A DNA stretch of 64,000 nt from Phoronis australis. Taxonomy: Eukaryota > Animalia > Phoronida. Where the stretch lies: assembly GCA_002633005.1 (NCBI GenBank), contig NMRA01000135.1, forward strand, positions 652,183 through 716,182, in the 5' to 3' direction. Shown here one piece after another: positions 10,919 through 21,830 of the stretch (its first letter is position 1; the number at the start of each line of letters is the position of its first letter). Position numbers and translations under genes: made by a program. A model generated the notes under the pieces. The model saw only the letters and a program-made list of their open reading frames with translations. It did not search any database and was not told the DNA's origin.

Positions 10919-13900
10919 TTAGCCCTCGTAGAAGCGAGGCAGTTCGTTTCCTAAAATCACTTTTCTTTCTATTCCATCTTTAGTAATGGTCGCCAGTCTT
11001 ATTACGCCTCCACTGGAGCCGTCTCTGAACATGGCCAAGGCGAGAGCTGGAAACCAAGAAAACCATGTCAGAACAATGCAATAAGATAAACATGATAATA
11101 TGAACCATGTCGGTACAACACTAAGACAATACAATAACATGCAACACTTGTCACGGTTTATGTCCATTTAGGCTTCATGGCCAAATGTGTCATTCTGCAC
11201 GTTCCAGTAACCATGTCTACCCCCAATGTATGTACACATCAGAGGCCTTGAAAGCACCGATTTCTGTGAATGAGCCCCCAAAACATACAAAATTAGGATC
11301 TTTTTAAGACAAACAGCCAGAGTTTAAGTGACACCTTGCCACTACTCTGCTATGTTTTATTTGTCCATTGAGTGAACATCTTGTGCAAACTTTAGCCCAA
11401 AAACGTACAAAATTCAGCTCCTTTTGAGTAACAGAATTTGAGAGGCACTTTGCTGCTACTCTCCTACTACATTTTATTTGTATCTTGTACAAAGTGTGTA
11501 CATATGAATCAACCAATAGCCTTGGATACAAGAGCGAAACTTTGTAGTGTGCGGAGACTGAGAAGATGATATTGATGAAATTGCAGTAAAGTGATATTCC
11601 CATCTACATTTTCATAGGAATTTATTTAGATGTTTTATTTTGATTTGATAGAATACATATCTTTGTTTGTATCTAAACTGGTAAATGAGTATTGCCGCCT
11701 TCCCAATGATGCGTTTGCAGAATGAGTGACCTAGATTTCATTTGTGACTTGCCTTAATCAAAAACTTTTATCAGATCCTTCTTGCTTCGTATTGCGTTGG
11801 TTTAATCAAAGTGTTGGCAATTACTGAGAAGCATGATTGCAATATATATGTAAGCATACTTTGAATTATTTTTTAAACTTTTCTGTCGGTAAACATAGTA
11901 TTTTCGATTTGTTTTCTGTTAATCACCCGTTGTCCCAGATAAGTGGGAATTTCGAGACAGTGGTCCAGTGCAGAGAAAGTAGTCCATAGCACGCAACTTT
12001 ATTTGTCAGTAGTTATTTGCCAGTAGACCCAGTTATTTCAGGTCTTGCGTGTACATTTATTGAGCAGCGTATATGTACATGTGTGGTATAAAATAGTTTA
12101 ATGTACAGTGTCCAGCATTGAGGAGTTTTAACTGAACACCTGTAGGTCACATGACACAAACACTTACTGTTGGCACAGAATTGTAAACATTCATCCTTGG
12201 TCATGCCCTCTTTGAAGTTAGCATCAACGTAACCATAAACGTAGGTACTACCAGAGCCCCCTATGGAAACTGGCTGACGAACACACATTCCACCCAACGG
12301 GATTGTGTAGACCTACAAAATGATAGTATTAATGAAAAAATTGTCCAAATCCGGGCAGTTTGAGAAGAGAGGAGCAAAAATCTTCAGACACAGACAATAA
12401 ACCTTGCTAACATTTTTGACCTCCCTCTTTCAGCGGTCATTTTCAAGCTGATGCATGTCAAGTACCTGGACGCGTGACACTGTGATCTGAGTAGGTAGAG
12501 CTAGAAATTCGGTTCCTCTGTAGAACAGCAACATTTCCTATGCCCATTTGAAATTTCGAGCTCCACCAACTCTGATTAATACGCACTTTAAATGCATCAG
12601 TTTGAAAATGACCACCATTACTTGCGACCGACGTTCGCAGTAACCAACTTGACTAGGGGACTTACTGTACGGCATAGAATATTATAATCAAGTGAACACC
12701 AAAAACTATGCATATTTTAAAGTGGCTTGACTATGCTTTGAACTATTGCTCCCATCTGTGTCGGTTATCTATAAATCAGTTGAATCACTGCCCATATCCC
12801 GACTCACCTGTCCACCTTGCCTCTTGTCCCAGCCAGCACAGATAATGCCTGCTGTTAGGTCTTCTCTATAGTTGTAACACAACTCACGAAATATATGAGC
12901 AGCCGTCTTCACCAGAGGCTCTTCATTCGACTCCATCCTAAACAGATATCAAATGATCACATTCCAGTACCAGGGTACACAATTCTCCTTCCTCACAAAG
13001 CACATAAATGCATTTCTTTCATAATTTTTTAATGCGCCTGCTCATGCCGCTCATCAAGTATGATAGGAAGCAAATGTTGTTAGTGAGCAGTCATGTCACT
13101 GTTGCAAAGTCTGATTGGTCAGTCTGACCTGTACAGTCTGATTGGTCAGTCTGACATGTAAAGTTTGATTGGTCAGCCTGACCTGCAAAGTCTGATTGGT
13201 CAGTCTGACCTCTAAAGTCGGCCTGGCCGGATTTTACCATCAGTTCCAAATGTAGGTAGTTCTTCTGCAGAGCAAGGTCACTTGATTTTACACATAAGAG
13301 TGGTACAAACCTTTGAAAGCTCAAGTGATAACTAACGATGTCAGCTATGGCCTGTGTGTCTGCAGCTGAGCCTGAGCGGCAGCAGAAGATGTGATCTGTG
13401 ATTGGTGTCAACTTGTCTGTCACGCGATTAGCAATGTAAGATCTGTAAGAAACTAGCAAACTGAGTACAAATTATACTTGGGAAGGACATTTTAACTAAA
13501 AATTACAACAAAACTTGCAAAAGCCAAATTCACGTACATTGAACTGATCTTCCCAGTGGCGGATTTAAGGGGGGGGCCAAGGTGGCCATGCCCCCCCCTA
13601 AAATTTTCTCAGATTCTATTTGACACTTTGGGGGTGCGAATGTCTGACGGGCAAAATCCTGGCTAATACTCTTGCCCTGACCACCCTCCAACTCAAAATC
13701 CTGGATCCGCCCGTGCTTCCCTTAAAAATTCAGACAGCCTGAATATTGTCTGGATGAGGAAGTGATACTATCATTGACTACTGCAGGAGTGAGGACTTAC
13801 CCAGTTGTAGTTCTGGAGTCTGCCCCAATAACAACACCACCATCAAATTCAACAGCCATAATGGATGTCTGGAAATAAATAGAATGTTAATTCAGGGGAG

Positions 13901-16900
13901 ATTACTTACAACCCTCGGAAAGATAGCTCAAGATGATATGAGACAGCTTTTAGCAAGGGATTTTCCAACCTTTAAAATGTGGCAGTAGTGTGTCACGGAG
14001 TGAGTCAGTGTACAGTACCTATATGACATCAGTTACATATGCGACAGTATCCCATAGCTGGTGAGTTACCCATTCAGTCAAGACCAATGCAGAGCTAGCG
14101 GAAGCTATGCCCATGTCTGTTGTGTTGGCAAGAGTGCCTAAACTTTTTAAGTAAATGGTTGCAGTTCCAATCATCACGCATCATATGTACTCCCCAAGCT
14201 ATTCAGCAACTTGTGACTACAACTGATTTAAATCATCAACCAAATTTCTAAAGGCCGCCAACACCTTTAAATCCATCGAGCTTCTAAGTCATTCCAGTTA
14301 CTTACTGTTTTCCAGACGATGATGGACTTTACTTTGCACAAAAGCTAGAGGGTAATGCAAGAAATCACATGCACTGTTTTCCATTTAAATTGCTACGGGC
14401 AAGGGGAATGTCATCGATTGACTCACAGATTTTGCATTCTCCCCAGGTAGTCGTTAGCTAGCACAAGGTTACAATCAGGACTACCTGGACAGTGTGAAAT
14501 TTCCAAGTCTATGTGAAGTTAATACACAAGTGTTCGCAACTGTATTTTGACGTTAGTCTTCATACAGGTAGCTGGCTGTCTAATAGTAACATAAGACAGG
14601 TCCTGGTGATGTAGCCAATACATCAACTTTAAGGTCCATCAAAAATTTTTTCACAAATTATGAGCAATGGATATCAATCAGAAGAAATTCCGAGTGCGTG
14701 GACAAAATGCTTATTGAGTGTGCTTATACTAACAAAATCAAATTCCCTTAATAACTACTTATGGAAACATGACTAGTCTTCCCTGGTTCTTTTCCGCTCC
14801 TTGTTACCTCTTTGTATCCACACATTTGAATCATGTCGTTTGCCATTATATGCTCACAGATTTTGAACTAATGGCATCATACCATAATTAGTAGTGATTC
14901 GAATGGCAGTCAATGAGCCAAGTTAACGTTTACGAGTTCACCGCTGGGTGAAAAATGCATACGTCAGAGTGACATGAGGGCAGTAAAATTTCTAATCTTT
15001 GAAAGGAATAATTATTTAAACTGCTTGATTTTCTTGCAATTATAATTGCCGTATCATCTGTGCAGATACATTCCTTCACACGATCATAATTTCAAAGTGT
15101 GCAGTGTGCAAGTTAATATTTGATACATGTAGTAAGAATGTGATATAACATACCTAACACTAAAATCTACTCTTTCAATGTATGGACTTCTAACCCTGTT
15201 TTGGTTTCAGGGTGGTTTACTTCACAGACGATGTAATTGCTAAAACAAAGTAAGACCATCCAATACGTTAATAAGGTACACATAGTGTACCTAAATATCA
15301 GATAGGTAGAACTATTGGACGTTTTACGAAAATTTACAGGAAGTAAAATCTGAGAAATGAAATGACGTCTGTTCTGTTGCAATAAGTACAACATCCGGCA
15401 CCATCTCGTTTTTTTATAGTGTTGCTTCGTTTTGATTTCAACAAGAAAGGGAACAATTTAGATCCATAATGGAATTTGATGTTGTTGTTATTATACTACC
15501 ACACTCAACAAGAATTTTACGTCCATACTGGGATTTCTTCTGATTCAGTGCTGCCTCAGTATCAAAGTCAAGCAATGATTCCCCTTCAAAGTTCGTGTCG
15601 GCTTTCAAACTTTAAATTAGTAACAGTTTTCCTAGAATCATTACCTTTGATTCACAACTATTTTGTGAAATCAGTGCACTTGCCACCACAGCAGTTAGCA
15701 CACATCAAACATACACTTAAATTACTACAGGAAGTAAATAGATGGAACTTGGAATTATTTGGCAAAAATTGGGCGAGACCAGTGTTAGCGAACATCTGCG
15801 TTCTATGTTCATTCATTGATGGAAGGAACTGAGTTAGAGAATGAATGTACATATACAGGCAGAAATTGGGGAAAATTGGAGAGGTACGTGTAAGATTATG
15901 AAACTGGGGCACGGACGGTACGCTCATATTTTGTTTGGTGACCTCAGATTTTCAGTTCTGGTAATGTGGGACTTCTGCCAGATCGCTAAACAGTGTTCTC
16001 CACAATACCAATTCCAAAATCCACGCAAAGTTCAATATCAGTAGTCAACACTGTCTTTTCTCTAGTCTATAGCCTTAACATCTTGACTGCAGGTATTTAT
16101 ATATGTTTCAAAAACGTACAGTGAACTGGTCAGGTGTGACCTACACTATGTAGGGCCTACACGCGAAAACAGCGAATGATACTCGAAGTGCCCATTCAGC
16201 TAACGACCGTCTCACAAATAAAAAATTGTTAAAAGCCCGTGGCCAGGAAGTGCGCGCTACATACCTGTCATTTGTCATCGCAGACATTACTCTGCGGGAA
16301 CTATCTATGAAACTATGGGTAGCATATCGGCAAAAAATAAATATAGGCACTAATTTCAGAAAGTTTTCTAATGCCGTAAAAACTATTGCGTTACTTTTAA
16401 AAGGGATTGCTTTATTAATCACTTGTTCTGTATTCATAATTGGTGTTTTTAAAGTATAATACCTGATGAAATGCCCCAATGATAGTGGACACCTCCGCCC
16501 CCGAATCTCCCGGAAAATAACTCAGACTGTCACACATCCAGTCACCCGGCGACTTAGGCCCTACCGAGACAATTCTCGCACATATTAACAGTAGATGTAA
16601 TCAGCAAGAGCTCAATAAAACGCGTTCTCGTGATACTGCTTCTGTTATTTCTTTAGTTACAATGCACACCTAAATCGTTCAGTTAGGCCTACTTTGCGTT
16701 TACTCCGGCAAATGAACACTGATTGGATGAGTCGACACTAACGCGCTCACTCACTCACACACGCAAACGATCTTCAAAACAAAGGTCACGTGACTACGAC
16801 ATGTGTGTTCTTTCAGAGACTTTTTCATGTTGCTGGGTACGATCTTGTGCAGATTTGAACCTATATTCTTCTTAATACCGACTCCATAGGAACTTAAAAC

Positions 16901-17936
16901 CTTAGAAACGCTATATGGAAACTTAAGTGAGGATTTCAGGTAATTTATTGAGTCGAAAATATATCTTTATTCAAGCTGCCCTGTTGACGATTGTGAGGCA
17001 GCGGAGCATCAGCAAGTTTTCACCCAGGGGTTTCATTGTAAAGTGATCGTAATTTAACAAAGAAATTTGATAGCAATGCGCCACCATTTTGTAGAAAGTC
17101 TGTTATAGGCTACAGATACATCATTTAGCTTAAATATGATGAATCATAGCTTCCGATTTCACTTGTTTTGGAGACCGGGTTTCAACAGCCTTGGGTTACA
17201 ATATCCTAAGCGCCTCTTACCCCGAAACGAAAGTTACCAAAGTTTTAAACCTGGCGCGGCAATTTTCAAACTTGACACGCTTTCCCCAAACTCTACACGG
17301 CAAAATCCAAACTCATTACTGCGTCGAGTCAAAACAGGTCGTGGAGAACACTGCTAAATCACAAATGTGACTTGGTGTTAAGCTACGCAATGAGCACCGT
17401 GATCTATGTCAATTTCTGTGGTGAATCTTCTGTGAGAGTAGTAATATGAAGTCCTCTCTTAATCACTCACCTAAGCCTAAGGGCAAATGCTCTTTGGTCG
17501 ACAGGTTAAGACGCCTGGCAAAGAGATATACAGCCTTACAGGGTTCGAAACTTGGACTAGGTGATTTTTCACTACATCACACTTTCATAGACCCTGGGGA
17601 ATTTTTTGATGGACCTTCAGCTCTATTTGAGGTGACTGATTGGATACCCGGCCGTGGCCAATACTCAGCTGTCAACTCTGTTTAAATGAAGTCAGGCTGG
17701 TTTACCGACCTACCCGTCCCCGGCCGGCGATGGTGCTGGATCAGTGAATGGTCTACAATTAGCTAGTTAATCGACGGATACCTTAGATATTGATGCCCAA
17801 ATACGCTTTCAAATCAAAACATTCGTGTAAGTTTACATACCCCTGTGCTGTGTTCAGAAGAAAGCCAGTCAGGGACGAGATTACTGTTCATGTTTTGGCT
17901 AAATGACAAAGCAGAGTTGCTCGCCAACGACGCCAT
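10919..17936 (-). CDS. PSMB6: Proteasome subunit beta type-6 (beta1, caspase-like), 232 aa
   Basis: Exons 17936-17841, 13868-13801, 13442-13311, 12937-12808, 12312-12168 and 11046-10919, all GT-AG and phase-consistent (699 nt). Propeptide ...EHSTG, then [40 protein letters not shown] and [16 protein letters not shown] on - at about 10832-10837. Confidence 0.97.
12435..12613. mobile_element. MITE in PSMB6 intron 4
   Basis: TIR GGTCATTTTCAAGCTGATGCAT / ATGCATCAGTTTGAAAATGACC plus an internal inverted pair. Confidence 0.75.
13104..13220. repeat. 27-bp minisatellite x~4 (AAAGTCTGATTGGTCAGTCTGACCTGT) in PSMB6 intron 3
   Basis: Directly adjacent near-identical units with no spacers; each carries a CCAAT box on the - strand. 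Confidence 0.9.
13554..13715. mobile_element. Non-autonomous DNA transposon, CAGTGGCGGAT termini, 5-bp TSD CTTCC
   Basis: CAGTGGCGGATT...GGATCCGCCCGTG, with CTTCC at 13549-13553 and 13716-13720; related copies elsewhere in the window. Confidence 0.85.
17488..17750 (+). mobile_element. tRNA-derived SINE-like element in PSMB6 intron 1
   Basis: A-box TGGTCGACAGG and B-box GGTTCGAAAC; body segment GGGGAATTTTTTGATGGACCTTCAGCTC recurs, diverged, at about 55951-55988. Confidence 0.55.
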
Positions 17937-18010
17937 CTTGAATGATGTCTTCTGATGCGCCCTCGTTTGGCAATAACATCCTCCTTAGTAGCGCCCTCAT
18001 GTGACCTCTG
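17903..18010. promoter_or_regulatory. PSMB6 proximal promoter motifs: ARE-like ATGACAAAGCA, YY1-like AAGATGGCG over the ATG, two GCGCCCTC CTCF-like sites
   Basis: Motif matches only, at 17903-17913, 17931-17939, about 17957 and about 17990. Confidence 0.4.
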
Positions 18011-19200
18011 GCTGAACCAAGGCTACCATCCGCCGCAGACTTGGCCCGTCACACTCACTCAAATTGTTTCACATACGTTTCTGTAACCATTTTAATAGTG
18101 TTTTGAGCGATAATCAAAACTTTAAAACATTTGGGAACATCAAAAATGACTTTCATGAAAAGTATTTTGAGTGTATGACGATATGTTCGAAACAGCCAGA
18201 CCCCAATCTAAATCAAGTCATAAAAATGTTTGGCTTTTCAGTTCATTTTCGTTTTACGCAACTTTACTATTCAGCATTTTATAAACAGAAATGGCGCCAA
18301 CTCTCCTAACTTCAACGGTCGTTAAATAACTCCAAAACAATTTCATATGAAAAATCCTTGCTTTCGCGATTGTTCCCTTAGGCACTCTCGATTACAAACA
18401 TTTTTGAAATTTAATTGTAACTAACATGTTGCAAAGAAATAAGCAAAACCCCGCAACGGGCATATCGAAAACAGGACCGGAAATAAACGTGATCGAAGTT
18501 GAAAGGTCAATCCGTAGCGTACGTTGATGGGCTAAGTTACGCTATTTTTCCAATAATACCAACGTTTTTCTGCAGTAATAAATAGTGATTGAAGAAGACA
18601 TGTCCTGTTATGTTAATGTCAGTATTAAAATCTGATTTTTGTCATTTCATTGTCAAAAAACAGCCTCCGATTATTAATTCTTGGAACGCCGGCCCGGAGC
18701 GAGCCTCAATCGGAAAGACGCCGGGCTACACTGACGGTGAGAATTTATAGAATCGCAGTTTACAAGCTAAATGAAATTTCCATACACATCGCTTATCGCT
18801 CCACTGCAGGACAAAAATTTAACACGACAGGACTGAAAAGTTATTACGCCAGGAAACAAAGAAATTTTTACGTGTCAGAAAAATTTCACACGTCAGGAAA
18901 TTTTCACGTTAGGACAAATTCATACAGTGACTAGCGGTTGCATGTCCCAAAGGATTATCGTTGCCGTAACCTGCCAATCATCGGAAAGCAAAACAGATAA
19001 TATGGAGTGCATCGGGAAAAGGTTTTTTTAAAACCAACACTTTTTAAAAAAATAAACAAATCGTTGTTGAACCACAAGATAAAACCACGAAAGACATCGG
19101 AGGGAAATTAAAAAAAAATGTCAAGTTTGTGAAAACTAACCGACTAGCCGGATAAAGCTCCTATAATACGTCAGGGTCCCACGGCTTATTGTTAAGAGTT

Positions 19201-19318
19201 AGGATTCCATGTGGCAGTTCGGGGGTACGAATGTCTGACGGGCAAAATCCTGGCTATTACTCTGCTCTGCCACCCCCCCCCCNCCCCCGGAGTGACTCAA
19301 AATCCTGGATACGCCCCA
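19201..19318. mobile_element. Partial copy of the CAGTGGCGGAT MITE family
   Basis: Shares GGGGGTRCGAATGTCTGACGGGCAAAATCCTGGCTA...CTCAAAATCCTGGAT with 13554-13715. Confidence 0.75.
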
Positions 19319-20571
19319 GCGCTGAACAAAGTGCAGCAGTAGTCATTGACAACATGTAAACGAGAAAACAAAAAGTTCTGCAAATAGGTGACCTGTGCAT
19401 TAATGACGTAGCTCGGGGGGGTTATAGAACCCGCATCATGCAGAGGTATTCACACAATGACGTCACGATACTTACTAGATATTGTTGAATGGTTTACGGC
19501 GGATCATTTTCGACTCAAAACTCGTTCTTAACAACATTTGAGAATTTTCAACCTACTCTATATATTCACATCGTCTACTGGTACATGTATGTTGTGTTTC
19601 CCAGCAATAAAAGAGATCACAAGGAATTAACGTGTAAGTTCCACTAATTGATCACGGAGCTGCACGTACTAGTAGATATATGGCTATTAGGCCTTTAACT
19701 ATCGAGTCACATGGTATTTCTTACCGTGACAGGATTCTCTTTCCGATACCCACAAGAACATCGATACCGTCAGTGACTCAAAAAAAACGCTCGAGAGTTT
19801 CTTGTGGTTGGCTTAAAACCCTAAAATTGTAAACGCAAATCACTGAAGACAGCAGCCACATGGCCCCGTTCACCACGGCCTAGTTGGCTTTCCTCGGGGG
19901 CGAAACGTACTCAACATCACTTTGGAGCATTGTTGCTGTAATGCGTCATATCGTGTGACGTAAATATATTCCAAATAATGCTGCTTGTATCTTAGGAATC
20001 TCATGTTTTCAGGTTATTATCACGGTCCTGACTTGAACAATTCGGTTTTGAGTCAGTGTCTTTTTGGTCCTGCAGAGTTTTTAATTCTTGAATAGAAAAT
20101 GTGTGTTCCGGGATTTTGTGGCTTTTCGTGCAATGGCAGGTAGGCGTGATGTATCCTAATCCATTTTTGTTGCGATGATGGCAAAGTCCAACGATCAGTT
20201 AATTGTGTATTCTTATCATTGTATCATGTGATCGTCTAATTCGTCTAACGTATTGCAATGCTTAAGTGAACCTTTTGGGATACATGTATAAGTTTAAGGG
20301 TTCTCCCCCGTGGATTTCCGCCAATTTAGAGGTACATTAACTGAGAGAAAAGAGAGTTTTTTCGGAGATCAGCTTCGGCGCAAAATTTAACTTCAGTGCA
20401 ACCCCCATTCCGCTCTCACTGTTAGTAATTTTCAGAGTTGAATTAACACACCTTCATTGCCCATGGTTCACTACACACTCAGCAACAGAAAGGCCTATAA
20501 TCCCCTGTAACTCGTGACTGTGTATATGTACCATTACTTGTTTGGCCTAGCAAGGTGGCCACTGATTTTGC

Positions 20572-20614
20572 TTCTGAGGATGGTGTTTTAATAAACGCCG
20601 AAACACTATGTCAA
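20572..20614 (+). ncRNA. Minimal type I hammerhead ribozyme-like motif (Penelope-type)
   Basis: CTGAGGA, one extra T, stem II GGTGTTT-TAAT-AAACGCC, GAAA, short stem III CA-CTA-TG and a GTC cleavage triplet. Stem I is weak (about 2 bp). Confidence 0.55.
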
Positions 20615-20664
20615 ACCGGTTTAAAGCTATCGTTGTTTTTATCAACAGAGTATTAAGTGGTGGC

Positions 20665-20856
20665 GGGCCTGGATATCAGCTACCGTCTGCTAGACAATGT
20701 CTCCACCGACCTGGCGATTTGTAATAACTATACACAAACACAACGCATCCTGTTGTTTTATAGTTCTGGTCAAAGCTCATCTAACTATAACACCAAACAT
20801 CTGAGCTGTTCGGCTGTCGATATTTTCAAGTGGCTATTGGCTGAATATCCGGCCCA
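20665..20856. mobile_element. Degenerate MITE
   Basis: Inverted pair GGGCCTGGATATCAGC / GCTGAATATCCGGCCC. Confidence 0.5.
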
Positions 20857-21654
20857 GTAAATTAACATACTGGCAATGATGACTCACTTCAACGCACGGT
20901 TGAATGATAACCAAAAGTGCAGATCGCAAAACAAATGTCTGGGCAGTTATTTCCGTATTCCAACATCAGTGTCGAAATTTGAAACGTAACCAAAACTGCG
21001 TCGCATGATTCGAGTACAAATTTAGGCTTAGGCTTACTGCCGGGAAGCGTGGTACGTCATTGTCCATTTTCAAGTCGAGATTCGGGAACAGGGATGAATC
21101 CCCGGGCGCAGGTTGACTGAAAAACACGTCCACGTGCAAAATGCATCAAGCTTATCACTCACGTCACTATAAATTACAGCTTTGGTAAAACACCTGAACG
21201 CTCATGAAAATCAGAAGATGGTGTTTTTCTGATTCAAGGAAAATCCCAAGGCCAGTGTCATGCCACGGTTGTTCTGTGCACTCTAGCACTGAAGAACAAA
21301 TAATTTTACGCACGAAATGATTTCTACCGTCTGACCTGGTACTGAAATGCCTTCTCGTTGTTTAAGTGATAAGTTGTCAGTGAACATTACGGGAACAAAA
21401 TTCAGAAGGGATCTGGAAAATTTCTTACAAGTTTTTGACACAAGCACAAAATTCGGTTTGGAAGGAGTCGGAGATCGGGGCCAGTAAGTACAGCTCCAGC
21501 GGCCGTAGACTTCAGACCGGGAATAACCTGCATGGGACCTGCTTCTCGATCCATAAACATTGTTGGGTTTTGTAGTCAGAAATATAGTCCAAAATTGCTT
21601 TTGACTTCTGCGCTTCTCGAAACGTTTTGGGTCTCTGTCTAGTCAAACAGACTA

Positions 21655-21830
21655 CAGTGGCAGATCTACGTTTTCAGTAGAGGGGAGGGGGTTAGGATTC
21701 GAGCTAATCCGAGGCGCTTAGCGCCGAGCGGAAGGAAGGTCGGGAGGGGGTTTTCCACCTCCCGTGTAAGATTTTTGTGGTTTTTAGTAACTGATCCTGT
21801 CCCANCCCCCCCCCTGTAGATCTGCCTCTG
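21655..21830. mobile_element. Non-autonomous DNA transposon, CAGTGGCAGATCTA termini, 5-bp TSD GACTA
   Basis: CAGTGGCAGATCTAC / GTAGATCTGCCTCTG, with GACTA at 21650-21654 and 21831-21835. Confidence 0.85.

Noticed and set aside
13104-13220. CRISPR-like array, or the repetitive GQTDQSD peptide in ORF 13091-13459
   Set aside because: Units are contiguous with no unique spacers, the context is eukaryotic and the sequence lies past the PSMB6 exon 3 donor.
14200-14240. C/D-box snoRNA in PSMB6 intron 1 (TGATGA...CTGA on -)
   Set aside because: The boxes span only about 36 nt and there is no terminal stem.
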